A DNA stretch of 63,831 bases, filler included, from Folioceros fuciformis (Eukaryota): NCBI GenBank assembly GCA_049999805.1. It is 5 parts of 5 records of this genome, joined end to end, with 100 filler letters (N's around TTAATTAATTAA, not from the genome) between each part and the next. Parts side by side here need not be neighbours in the genome. Positions count along the whole stretch, not along the records: positions 16,765 to 38,566 come from JBNGIO010005087.1; positions 38,667 to 49,058 come from JBNGIO010005090.1; 3 more parts are not named here. One strand, given 5' to 3'. This document shows, one piece after another, positions 35,262 to 46,758 of the stretch. Below the pieces are notes generated by a model, which was not told the origin of the DNA, ran no database searches, and saw only the letters and a list, made by a program, of their open reading frames with translations. The first letter of the stretch is position 1; every line of letters begins with the position of its first letter. Position numbers and translations under genes: made by a program.

Positions 35262-38200
35262 TGTAGGGTTATTAAAGCCCAATGTGCTTAGGCTAATGTG
35301 TTTAGTCTAAGATTAGTGTTTAGTTAAGTACCATTAGTTTAGATTAGCTTAAGCTAACCTGTAGGAAGCTTATTGCGCAACTTCCTGTGCGCTTCTTGTG
35401 AAGCTTCCTAGGGAGCTCTTCTAGAGGGTATAAATACCCCCTTGAGCTCCCTTACTATTGAGACTCTATGTGAGAGTGTGACTTTTCTTTTCTCATGTCG
35501 TCCTTGCCTCCTCCTCTCCTCTTTCACCATATAACTCCTTCTAGCGATCCTTCAAGTGGTATCAGAGTAGGTGGTGGAGCAGGAGGATGATGTCCCTGGT
35601 GCTGCGAACAAAGTGGCTGTGAGGGAGACATTGGAGTGGCTGTGTGCGGCATCCGGGGTGCAAGGGCCTCTAGCCCGGAGAGGAAGCCAGGAGCAGGGTG
35701 ATCCCCAAGCCTTAGGATGCCCATCCACACGAGGACGAGCGCAGGCGCATTGAGGGCCGCGGGCGCACATAACGCCCCACCAGCCAGGCCGAAGGCCAGG
35801 CAACCCGCACGGGCGCGGGGTGCCTCGGCCGGCCAGGCTAGGATGCTTGCCACGGCGGCAGCCCTTAACAGGGGGCGCCTAACCCCGCGCTCTAGGGCGC
35901 CAGGCGCCAAGGTGCTCGGGCACCCTGCCACGCGCTAGGGGCGCAAGGCCCCTCCCGCCGGAGCCGGGTGGCAGGGCATCGGACTGCCGCCAGGGCATGG
36001 CCAAGCGTGCCGGCGGTCGGGGACCCGGCCGGTTGACAGGTGAGGACCCGACCGGCGAGAACAACAGCGCCGGCGGACAAGGACCTGGTCACGGGCGTAG
36101 CTCGGCTGCCGAATCGTGGGGCGCAGAAGGACGTGGGAGTGGCTGGCGCCGGACTCCGGATCACAGTCGCCGAGAGTGCAGACGCCAAGAGCGAGAGTGC
36201 AGGCACTGAACCGATCCTAGCTGTGGAAGTCGAGATCTCAATAGGACGACAGGAGATATTCCAATTGTGAGCGACCGAAGCCTTAATTGTGGATAGCCGT
36301 TTTGTTGTGAGGGTAACTTTAAACATCTACATTACATTCCGACTGTTTCTAACTAGCCTTTTGCTTGATTTACATCGATTTTGAATTATAACGTCCTCAG
36401 AAAACGTTATGTTCAATATCGAGAAGTTAGATGGTACTAACTTCCCATTCTGGAAAGAACAAGTGTATAATGTTCTAGTACAGAAGAAGTAGATCCAGCT
36501 CATCAAGTTGCTAGGAGTGAAACTTATTAGCATAACTCAGGATGAGTGGCAGGATCTAGATGAGCTTGCTAGGTCTACCATCATGCTAACATTGTCGAAG
36601 TTGGTCTACTTCAACGTGAAAGACAAGACCACAAGTTTCGAGCTATGGCAGAAGTTGTGTGACCTGTACGAGAAGCCAAGTGTGGCTTCTCAGGTGTATT
36701 GGTTGAAACAGCTGGCTGACTTGAAGATGAAGAAAGGGACGAGGATGTCCAATCATTTGAATGAGTTCAATACCATTTTCAGCTAGCTCTCATCTCAAGG
36801 TATCTCGTTCCCAGATTCCATGAGAGCTATGTTTCTGTTGGTCACATTACCAGAGAGCTGGGACACTTTTCGTACAGCTCTGAGTAATTCCGCTCCTGCC
36901 AGTGATCTTACCGTTGTAAATGTAGAAGGTAGCATGTTAACAGAGGAGGTGAACAGGAAGAATATGGAACCCTCGAAAGGTTCCAATGCCCTCATGGTGA
37001 GAGGAAGGTCTACTTCAAAGGGGAAGTACAAGGAGCAAAGTCGTTCCCGTAGTAAGTCTTGTAGTCGTAACAATGTTGAGTGTTACCATTGTCACAAGAA
37101 GGGTCACATCAGAAGGGACTATGAGAAGGTCAAGAAGGGCAAAGGCAAGGACAAGAAGTAGAGCGACAACAAGGAAAGTTCGAGTGTCAAGCGTGACGAG
37201 GTGAACTCTGTTGATGATGGAGATGTTCTTACCTCTTCTTCCTTCGATTCTGCACAACTGATAGCCATGGAGAGTCACTTATTCTCTAATTGGATAATTG
37301 ACTCTGGAGCATTGTTGCATGTTACTCTGCATAGGGAGCGGTTTAGCACTTGTGATGCTACTAGGGAAGGATGTGTTCGGCTTGGAAATAAGTACGCATG
37401 CAAGATTGCAGGCGTTGGTGATGTGCAGCTAAAGTTCGACGATGGATCTCCATTCGTACTGAAGGATGTTAGGCATGTTCCGAAGTTGACCAAAAGCATG
37501 ATTAGTGTAGGGCAGTTGGATGATGCTGACTACCACTGTTGGTTTGGAGATCGTTCTTGGAAGATCTCCAAAGGTTCTCTTGTGTTAGCTCGTGGATCAA
37601 AGTGTGGCACTTTGTACTCACTTCAGGTAACCACTGTCAAGGATCATGTGATTTGTGTAACGGAACAGCCAAGTGTTTCCTTGTGGCATAGTCGCTTAGG
37701 ACATATGTCTCAAAAAGGAATGAAGATACTATCTCGTTTTGGTTACGTCCCTGCTTTTGACTTCTTCGATTTCTCCGTGTGTGAGCACTGTTTGTATGGG
37801 AAACAGACGAAGTCACCACATGGAGCAAGAGGAAAACACAAAAGTAAACCTCTTGAATTGGTTCACAATGACGTTTGTGGACCTATGCCCATTGTATCGT
37901 TAGGCGGTGCATCCTATTTTGTCACTTTCATAAATGATTTCTCACGCAAGGTGTGGGTTTATCCTTTGAGGACAAAGGATGATGTTCTGACAGTGTTTCA
38001 AAAGTTCGTCACCCTTGTGGAGAATCAGTTTGGCCTGCGATTGAAGTGTCTAAGGACAGACAATGGGGGAGAGTATGTTTCGAAGGCTTTCTAGTCATTC
38101 CAGTATGATTCCACGGGAATCAAGAGAGAATTGACTGCGCCGTATACTCCTCCCTAGAATCATGTGGTTGAACGGATGAACAGGACCATCCAGGAGAGGA

Positions 38201-38345
38201 TGCGTAGTTTGTTGTCAAACTCTAGATTGCGTAACGGATTTTGGGCAGAAGCAGTGGTTACTGCAGTGCATCTTATTAACAGATCTCCTAATAGGGCTGT
38301 GGATGAACAAGTTCCAGAGGAGATGTGGTCTGGAAAGAAGCCGTC
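35262..38345 (+). mobile_element. Tnt1/Tork-like Copia element G (3'-truncated): LTR 35262-35554, PBS 35557-35568, GC-rich leader, gag-PR-INT
   Basis: TG..CA LTR with TATAAATA; TGGTATCAGAG; EKLDGTNFPFWK, CYHCHKKGHIRRD, WIIDSGA, LRTDNGGEY; several TAG stops. Confidence 0.9.
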
Positions 38346-38566
38346 TATGGAGGCAAAACCCCGGGCACTGATTGCCGACGGGTTCCACCTTTAGTGGCCA
38401 CACTTATTCCACTGTCGTTGAGACATTGGGTTTCGTTCCCACGAAGGAGCGATGGGGTTCCTTGCTGCTGTGGATGGAGGGTCGGACTTGATCGACTCGA
38501 TGATGGATTCGAGGGCTCCCCTCCAGCTCCCATCAGGCGTAGGACAGGCCTCGCTGTCCGGCGGTC
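38346..38566 (-). mobile_element. Athila-like LTR copy inserted into the integrase of element G; runs into the gap
   Basis: Near-identical to the reverse complement of 40-261. Confidence 0.85.
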
Positions 38567-38666
38567 NNNNNNNNNNNNNNNNNNNNNNNNNNNNNNNNNN
38601 NNNNNNNNNNTTAATTAATTAANNNNNNNNNNNNNNNNNNNNNNNNNNNNNNNNNNNNNNNNNNNN
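38567..38666. other. Artificial contig linker
   Basis: N44-TTAATTAATTAA-N44. Confidence 0.98.
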
Positions 38667-39791
38667 GTACGCTTGCAGAATGTATACGAGGAGAGAGAAT
38701 GGATGAAAGAAAGAGCATAAGTTCATGGGACGTGGCATAATACTCGCGGGCCCTACCACCCGGTCACCCGGTGGACTCACTGCACACACGTTTCAACCGG
38801 GAGCATTTCGTTCCGCATATTCCAAGGCCTTGGCACGACAGAAGAAATCATTCTGGATCCGTTACATATCCGTTAGCTTGTGAGCGAATGGCATGGATGA
38901 TATTTCTGAACCGATTTTTGTCTGCCGCATCCTATCGCTTTGTCTACGTCCCCACCTACTATCTAGCATTTTCAGAGTACTGAATGTACCTGGTCTTTGA
39001 AGGACGGAAGTTCATAGCCCAGCTTTCCTCATCTCCGGTGCGAGCGGTTGCCACACCGATGTTGTGATTTGATTTACGCAACCGCAATGTGGTGTCTCAT
39101 CATAGGCTTCGGGGGAGAGGTGTCCAATGGGTTGATTTTTTTTATCTCATTATTTTAGAAAAATTCAAAAAGGAATGAAGCCTTTTAGTGAAGAAGAAGG
39201 ATAGGAAAATCCATCTTCTCCAAATCAGAGGAAGAAAGAAACCATAAAGGCAATCGAGTTGAAGAGGACTAGCTCCTTACGGTCACCATATTTAAAGCAA
39301 CCAACGACACTTAATATATTGTGATAAGGAAGTCGAAAGGGTCTATTTACCATTGGAGTTGTTAATGCCACCATCACTACACTTGCTGTTGTTTTGTAAA
39401 AGTTGTTTATCAAAGCAATGGACACATGATGGCAAAAGAAGGCTATAACGTAGGATAGAAGTTATTTTCTAATATTGAAAAAGAGATAGAAAATCCCATC
39501 TACTCCATAGATGAGGAGAAACAACCTGAATAGGGCCAAAGTCCAAAAGGAGTACTAGCCCCTTCATACATCTTTCTCAAAATTACCTACTACTCCCAAA
39601 ACCTAAGCGGAATCTCATCGCAATGACGAAAGTTGTTGGTGCGATTCTAAACGCCTAAATGCAAGGTCGAGCCAAAATTCAAGAGTCTACTCTAGACAAG
39701 AGTGAATAAAAGCCCAAGAAAACCTGGGGATCAATAAGTCCAAGAGAATGGCTCTTATAGACTGACCATATTGCTTTTCCAAAAGAGGGGC

Positions 39792-40060
39792 TGTGGTGGC
39801 AAAACCTCGAGCAGCTATTTACCAAAGGGTTCGACCTTTAGCATCCACACTTATCCCACTATTGTTGAGACATTGGGTTTCATTCCCACAAAGGAGCGAA
39901 GGGGTTTCTCGCTACGATCGATGGAGGGTCGGACTCAATCAACTTGATGACGGATTTGAGGGCTCTCCTCCAGCTCCAATCAGGCGTGGGACAGTCCTCA
40001 TTGTCCAGTGGTCGATTGCACGTCTCTTAATGCCCATAAATTCACTCCAACCACTACAAT
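39792..40060 (-). mobile_element. Diverged copy of the same Athila-like LTR (right boundary uncertain)
   Basis: TGTGGTGGCAAAACC...CCACACTTATCCCACT...CTCCAGCTCCAATCAGGCG homologous to 38346-38566. Confidence 0.75.
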
Positions 40061-42492
40061 AACACTAACCTCTTAGGTCTACAACTTCTCTCACTCACTC
40101 CAGCACTCGTACCAGCACTAGCAACAACACCATTACCTTCGACACTTCCTTATAAATTGCCCCACTCAAAAAGAGTCACTAGACTAACCCCAAGGTAGAG
40201 AAAGAGATAAACACACTCCCCTCTTAGATACCTCCTTCCCACAACCTCACCAAACACCATGAAACATGGCCAGCATACAGCACTTGTCCAACCAAGAAAT
40301 AAGGGTGGACAGGTCAAGAGAAAGACACATCTTTTACAATCAAGAACTAAGGGCAAGCCCCTTCACCTTGGCCATCACACCTCATGCTCCTACTAGACGC
40401 TACACAACCGGCAACACGCTACTCGCGATTCTAGCACTGCATAGCCGGAAACACGTTGCATGTCTTGAACCAAGCAGGTCATATCACAAGAGAGATCGTG
40501 AAGTGACAAGCGGGTTCTAGAGGCTCACAGCCTCTTATAGAGGACTCCTAGCTCTAGTCCCCTTCCTCTCTCTACAGGTTGACCACTAGGACACGACAAC
40601 CAAAGCAATAAATTATAGCACATTATTATTTTAGACCAGTCTACCCTACCATCAACTTAACGAGCCGCCAACCCCCTTGCTAGTCTTACCAACAGGTCTT
40701 GCTAATCCTTGGCTATTGACTACTCTTCTAGATCTGGTGGGTGCCGCCTTCTTATTGTTGAGTGGCTGTCTGCAAAGGCTTCTCCTGCCACTGTTTCCAT
40801 GACTGTTGAAGTTGCTTTCGGGCTAGCCACCTTCACTCCTCCAACATTTCCCCTAACAGTTCTTACGGTGGCTAACGCACAGTCCTCATTGAAGGAGCAC
40901 TTAATAGTTTGTTAGTTTAGTCCTAAAGGGATGTTTTATGGGGTCCACAAACAATAGGTCAAACCTACCTAGGACATGCTAGAAGCAAGAAGAATATAAA
41001 AAGAGATGTAAGTGGGGAGGTTGCAGGAGTTGAGCTCCCGCTAGAGTGGGTTAGGGTAGCAAACAAACATCCATTATGTGCAACTAACGACCTCAAGGGA
41101 TAGTAGGCCGTTGGACTATCAAACAGTCCTGAGATGGAAGGCCCTTGATGTTAGTATAAGCAATGAGAGAAGAAAGGACAGAGATCAGAAGAAGAGTGAT
41201 CCGTAGTCGGAACCGGGCCTAAAATCGGCAGCTTATTTAGCAAAAGTGGCTTCCAGTTGAAACGGTCCCTCGGCCATCAAAAACTGATTCTAGGGTGCTG
41301 GGACGGTTCTCATACTGTCAAGGGAAGGAAACAAGTAAGAAAGAACAGAGTTGGAGTTTCTAGAATTAAATCCAGAAAAATAAGAGAGAGAATAGAAAAG
41401 GAAGAAAAAGAAAAGAGAAATTGGGAGGTAAGCTTTGAGGCGGGCTGGCTCAAGCTGGGAGACAACGTGGCAGTGGGATCAAAACAAAGGAGTCGAGGAT
41501 GGGAGCGGATCGGGAAGCAGAGTCGCGCTAGGATGATTTGGGCTGGGGAAAACCAAAATAGGGCAGGGGGTGGAGCGCAGGCGACGAGCGACTAGATAGG
41601 GAATCGGGATAAGACAAAGGAAGAGGGGAAAGAGATAAGGGAGGAGAAGGGGATCACGGGATGGCCCTGCTGCGGTTGACAAGAATTGGGCTAGCTGAGA
41701 AAATGAAAAACGGGGCAAGGGTGCTGGAGGACGGGATCATGATGGCAGGGCTTGCAAAGCAGTTAAGATTAGGATGGTGGAGATGGGTCGAGTTAGGAGA
41801 CCGAGTAGGTCGCACCACTGCTGGTCCCTGCAACGCCCAAATCTTTCAGCTTGTCTCCGGCTTCTCTTGTATGCACATTCAATCCCAACACTCTGGAATT
41901 CTGCCTGCAAGGAGGAAACGAGGCAAAAAGATTGAGAAGGAAGGGGGAAAAGCGGAAGCGGGGAAAAGAAAGTGTAGGAGAAGGAAAGAAGAGGAATGAG
42001 GATGGGAGCAGACGTATTTCTGCCCTAGCTAGGATCCCTCATGGCTGTTCAGTCAATCATGCAACCCTCTCAGCCAACCAGACCCTGCCATATCCCTGCT
42101 ATACCTTGACATATCCCTATATTCCCACTCCTAGGTTAAAACAATTATTTTATTATTTAATACTATGTGGATTAAATTATTATTAAACCAATCAAAAACC
42201 TAAATTCAAACCTTCATGATCCTATGATCCGGCACCAGACCTAAACTTTTCCAAGCCTAGGACCAAACCTATACCCACTCTAATAACCAGCCAATTGACT
42301 GGTCAATTAACCAAATTAGTAAAAAAACAAATAGAAAAATGACCAGAAAATAAAGGAAAATTAGGGAAAGTAAGTAGAAAAAGAAAATCAAACCATACCA
42401 CTATCATCCCTTTTTCAACCAAAACAAACAACTATTTTATTTAATTTTAAGTATAGACTGTAAATCTCAAAGATGTATTGTTGTTTATTGCA

Positions 42493-43632
42493 TTAGCTTA
42501 GTTTTTGTTTTTTATGGCGTCGTCGTGTTGCGTTTGAAAATAAAGATGCCTCGTCTAACAAATATTGATGATATGCATCAATGTCTTTTATGTTTAAGAC
42601 GGTTTCATGACACATATCATCTAAATATATTTCTACTGGAAAATTTAAGATAATCTTATGTGGCCCACCTATGCTTGATCTTCGTGCGCCTTTGTGTCGT
42701 ATTCCACATAGATACATCTTAATTCTCATCTTATCCGATGCATAAGCCGCTTCTTTTGCATTTGGGTAACCGCCACAAAAGATTTGTTTGGAATCATTAA
42801 TTGATTTGTTTTTTACGTTTGGCTGTACACTTTGCTTGCAATGTCTTTTTAATAATGGACGACGTGAGGTAGATGCTTGACTAGGTTGAGATGAAGAACC
42901 TGCCTCATTAGTTGAATGAGCTGGACACCATACGTAACAATCAAACTTGCCAGTAATTTTATTCTTGGTAACTCCTTGATATTTTTCCTCATCGTTATTG
43001 AGGCTTTGTACGTATGCATACTTTGTTTCACACATCTCCCGCATGCATTCCAACACAAATTTTCTTATGCTAACCTGTTGGTCATGAATTGACCTAGTTG
43101 GCCTGATAGGTTTCAATTTTTCTATGCGTGTTCGACTTTGAATTCCTTTTGTAGTTCCTTCATATATAATTGGATTTGAAATCCTCTTACGTTTCACGGA
43201 TTCATCATCCACATCATTGTTTTCAACATCCATATCATCTTGTTCGCTATCCGTGAATTCATCATCCACATTATTAATTTCAGCATCCATATCATCTTCT
43301 TCGCTATCTGTGGATTCATCATCCACATCGATAAATTTTCCACGAATCAATGCATTTCTTATGCAAATGTCTGAATTTTTTAGCCACTCAGCATGTGAAA
43401 CACGAATTGTTGGCGGCAAGTTACTTGGTGCACCAAGTTGAAATTGGGGAGGAATTGCAACATGTATGAATTCTGATTCAGGTGGTGGTATATAATGAGT
43501 CCAAGCCTCCAGATGTTGTCGTGCTCGAGGTCTTGCTCGAAGTTGTCTTACTCGAGGTTGCTCTACGTTTGCGTTAGACACAGATGCATATGATCTGGAC
43601 CTTTTATTGTTTGATTCCTTGTCGTTTGCCAT
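42493..43632 (-). CDS. Intronless AP2-domain protein (single divergent euAP2/ANT-type repeat), ~379 aa
   Basis: KYQGVTKNKITGKFDCYVW...KQIFCGGY..AKEAAYASD...ILNFPVEIY parallels AP2 R1 YRGVTRHRWTGRYEAHLW..RQVYLGGYD..AARAYD..TNFP..Y; acidic repeats; C-terminal RRRHKKQK. Confidence 0.7.
   Translation of the reverse strand: MANDKESNNKRSRSYASVSNANVEQPRVRQLRARPRARQHLEAWTHYIPPPESEFIHVAIPPQFQLGAPSNLPPTIRVSHAEWLKNSDICIRNALIRGKFIDVDDESTDSEEDDMDAEINNVDDEFTDSEQDDMDVENNDVDDESVKRKRISNPIIYEGTTKGIQSRTRIEKLKPIRPTRSIHDQQVSIRKFVLECMREMCETKYAYVQSLNNDEEKYQGVTKNKITGKFDCYVWCPAHSTNEAGSSSQPSQASTSRRPLLKRHCKQSVQPNVKNKSINDSKQIFCGGYPNAKEAAYASDKMRIKMYLCGIRHKGARRSSIGGPHKIILNFPVEIYLDDMCHETVLNIKDIDAYHQYLLDEASLFSNATRRRHKKQKLS
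43200..43330. repeat. ~60-bp coding tandem repeat (DVDDESTDSEEDDMD unit, ~2.3 copies)
   Basis: TTCATCATCCACAT recurs at ~60-bp spacing. Confidence 0.8.
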
Positions 43633-44789
43633 ATTCCACCCTCTTTTCTTCAATTCTTTAAGCTTGGTCCTTCAAGTACACCTTTTTTCCAAATTCCTTG
43701 CAATCAAACACTTTGCACGCTTTGCTTTGTTGTGTCTTATGATACCTTATTGTTTGACCACCGCCCGTATATTTGTGGCTGATCTAACAAAGAAATGCTA
43801 AGCTAAGGACTCATAGAGTGGACAAAAAAACCGTAGCCAAGACCCATGAATAAAGACAACACATATATACTCCTCTCTTGCTTCATAGATTCAATGAGAT
43901 TCTGAAAGTTAGAGCTCATGTATTCACTTGGATGTCAACTTAATAACTACAATGCATAGGTTAGGTTACATACATGTATACAGAGGGGGACGTGATTTGG
44001 TAGTTACTAAAGATTGAAAAATATTCCATAATCAAACTTTAGCTATATCCTTTTTGGTAATACTTCTTTTAGCATATGGATCAATCAATGGTAACCAAAA
44101 TTTATGACAAAAAGTATTTTTTTACCTTTTTAGTAATACCTTCTTTTAGGTTGTGCCCTAACCAATCATTCATACTTATTTTTTTTGGTAGTCCCAAGCT
44201 GGTTCATGCGACTTTCCATGACGAGTAAAACTCCGTCCAAGACCCATTTAGGGTTACAATCCTTGAGCAGAACCCTTAGTTACGATCCTTACGGATTACT
44301 ATCAAACCTGGCCGCAGTCTAAATACCCGCAGTGTAGCCATAGGAAGAGCAGCATATGTGGTGCTGGCCACCGGTGCCTTGTAAATAATTGAAGTGGAAG
44401 GGTATCAGGCTTGCAGTACTGGTCTGCAGCACGGAGGAGACAGCAGGCGAAAAGCGAGCTGCCAGCTTGCCGCTTGCCACGCGTTGAGGTGGGTTCACGG
44501 CGACGATGCTGAAGAGTACGCTACGCCAGATGTTGCTCTACAAGTTTTTGTGCAGGCTTTTCTGCTTGCTCTCACAGTGCCAATCGCCTAAACCTCATGG
44601 GCAAATAAATGCGCCTGGCCGCTTGCTCACCGTACCACGCGTGTGCTAAAAATCCCGATGCACCCACCCGGCTGATGCCCGCTTCCTGAATCCCTTCCAC
44701 AGCGACCAAGCCTCTCGGAGTGGGTCCTCTGCTCACCGTCCGCACTGTTCCGTGCTCCTGTCCGTAATGCGTTAGCATTTCAACCCTGA

Positions 44790-44960
44790 GCACGGAGAGG
44801 AGCTTCATTAGGCGAGCTCACGTCTCTTCAGCACGGGGAGGAGCTCATCAGGAGGGCTCACGTCTCTTCAGCACGGGGAGGAGCTCATCAGGCGAGCTCA
44901 CGTCTCTTCAGCACGGGGAGGAGATCATTAGACGAGCTCACGCTAGCGTCTCCTCAGCAC
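44790..44960. repeat. 40-bp minisatellite, ~4 copies
   Basis: GCACGGGGAGGAGCTCATCAGGCGAGCTCACGTCTCTTCA head-to-tail with minor variants. Confidence 0.9.
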
Positions 44961-45470
44961 AAGCGCAGATTGGCCTGACACTTTGCAAGGATGTACCGAC
45001 GTACAGTACGTGAAAATTTCGGACTTGCTACATGATCCCATCAGTGGATGAACTATGGTTCTTTCTCACTCTACGCCGTTTCCGTTTGGAAGACTTACAA
45101 AGCCATAGTAAGAAAAGAAAAGCAGGGCGTGAGAGGACGGAGGAGAGCGACTCCCTGACCCTTTCATCAACACCACCCAAGGGTCTGGTCTGCTGCGGTG
45201 CTGAGGTTAGACCAAATCCCACTGCGCACAGCAGGCCTCGATCTGATCTGAACTTGGGCGCGGTCCAATCTCAATCTCTCTCAACTTGGACCCGGTCCAA
45301 GCTCCAACTCTCGCGTCCAATCCAACCTGCACCTATCAGCCGCGTCCAAGACGCTTGGCCCCAGTCTTGGAGGCGGGAGCTGAGCCCCGAGGCCCAGACC
45401 GGCCAAACATCAAATATTCGTAAAGATGGTTAACCCAAGATAGTGATGAAGGAAAGAGAGCCCCGTCTGA

Positions 45471-45540
45471 GGACATAGGGGATCATGGATGGCACTGGGC
45501 AGGACATAGGGGATCATGGATGGCACTGGGCAGGACATAG
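45471..45540. repeat. 31-bp tandem repeat, 2.3 copies
   Basis: GGACATAGGGGATCATGGATGGCACTGGGCA repeated exactly. Confidence 0.9.
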
Positions 45541-46758
45541 CCGTGGAGCCGAAGGGTTGGTCGCCTAGTGGAGAGAAAAAGAAGATGCCGGCCGCCTGGA
45601 TCGGGGTTTGTGCCCCACGAGCGGACGGTGAAGAGGATCGTCTATTTGCTGCTGATGAGGTTTAGGCGAGGGCCTCAGAACTGATGTAGAAGTAATTTTC
45701 GTGGACAGTACGCACTGTAGTTGGGGTGCGGGGACCCTGACACAAAAGGGCCCGTGGTGGTGGGGTAAGAGCAGAGGCCGATTTCCCAGGAAAGGGTGCA
45801 AGGAAGGAAGCGAGGGCGGCAGCAACGATATCGAAAGGCAGAGGCAGGCAAACAAGCAGGTTGGCTGGCTGACTCTAACAACGACGCGACTGACAGCAGT
45901 CAAGCGACACACCATCGACAAACCCGACAATTCCAAGCACAAGCACAGCACGCTAGACTACAACATCAGCACCTCAATTGATGGGGAAAAGGTCCAAAGA
46001 GGTGCAATAAAAAAGTGGGACAAATCCTATCGGCACCTGGAAACCAGTCATCCTTCCGGTCTGAGTTGTCATGTCTACGAACGCATGCCACGGGGAACAA
46101 CGTCGGCGTGTTGGCAGCAGATATTATTCCCATGCCTCAACTGCACATTTGCAACCAGTGACCAACCCGTAGGAAAACGTACTGCCAGTATGGCGTCGCG
46201 GCTGTCGCATCTCTTGTCCCTCACATTGCACCTGATCCTCGCACCACAGACAAGCGACCAGGACATCCTGGGAATGACGGGACCAAAAGCCAGCCTCTGA
46301 CGGACAATTCAACCTACTGATGACAAGCTGACGAGGCATGCCATGCCTCCCTCACACTTTGAATCTGTCCCATGATGCTCAAGCCACACACTGGGTATGA
46401 AGCATATTTCCAAGGCACGACGTACAGGCAGTCAATATACACACTCTTAACGGACTAGAGGACCAGAAGAGGAGAGGGCCTGTGAGCAACAAATACATAC
46501 TCCAAGGATGCAAACGACACAGCCCGCCGAATCTCCACCCACAAGTCTGGTTTGACGCGTCAATAAGGATCTCTAAATTGCGTCATACTCCCACTAATTA
46601 CCAACCTACCCTACACTAGTGACTAGCTTGAGCCCAGTAAGACCTGCAATTAAACGGCTCGCAGTGCCAATCTCCCGATGAAGAGGATGCGTTTCGTATA
46701 CATAAAGAACTGCAGACTACCGAGTTCAGAGATTATCTTGATTAGAGGCAAGCAGATA

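Noticed and set aside
35524-36326. Multiple Arg/Gly/Ala/Pro-rich ORFs in the leader of element G (and 14529-15083)
   Set aside because: Expected from very high GC content; frames are not conserved between the two copies.
40060-42450. Purine-rich and low-complexity stretches with short Lys/Arg/Glu ORFs
   Set aside because: Probably decayed repeat DNA; no termini or domains could be supported by eye.
44790-44960. Regular 40-bp repeats resembling a CRISPR array
   Set aside because: Head-to-tail units with no unique spacers, no cas genes, eukaryotic context.
45000-46400. ORFs of 128-199 aa downstream of the SAP30-like gene
   Set aside because: No recognisable motifs or consistent exon structure; probably UTR or intergenic sequence.
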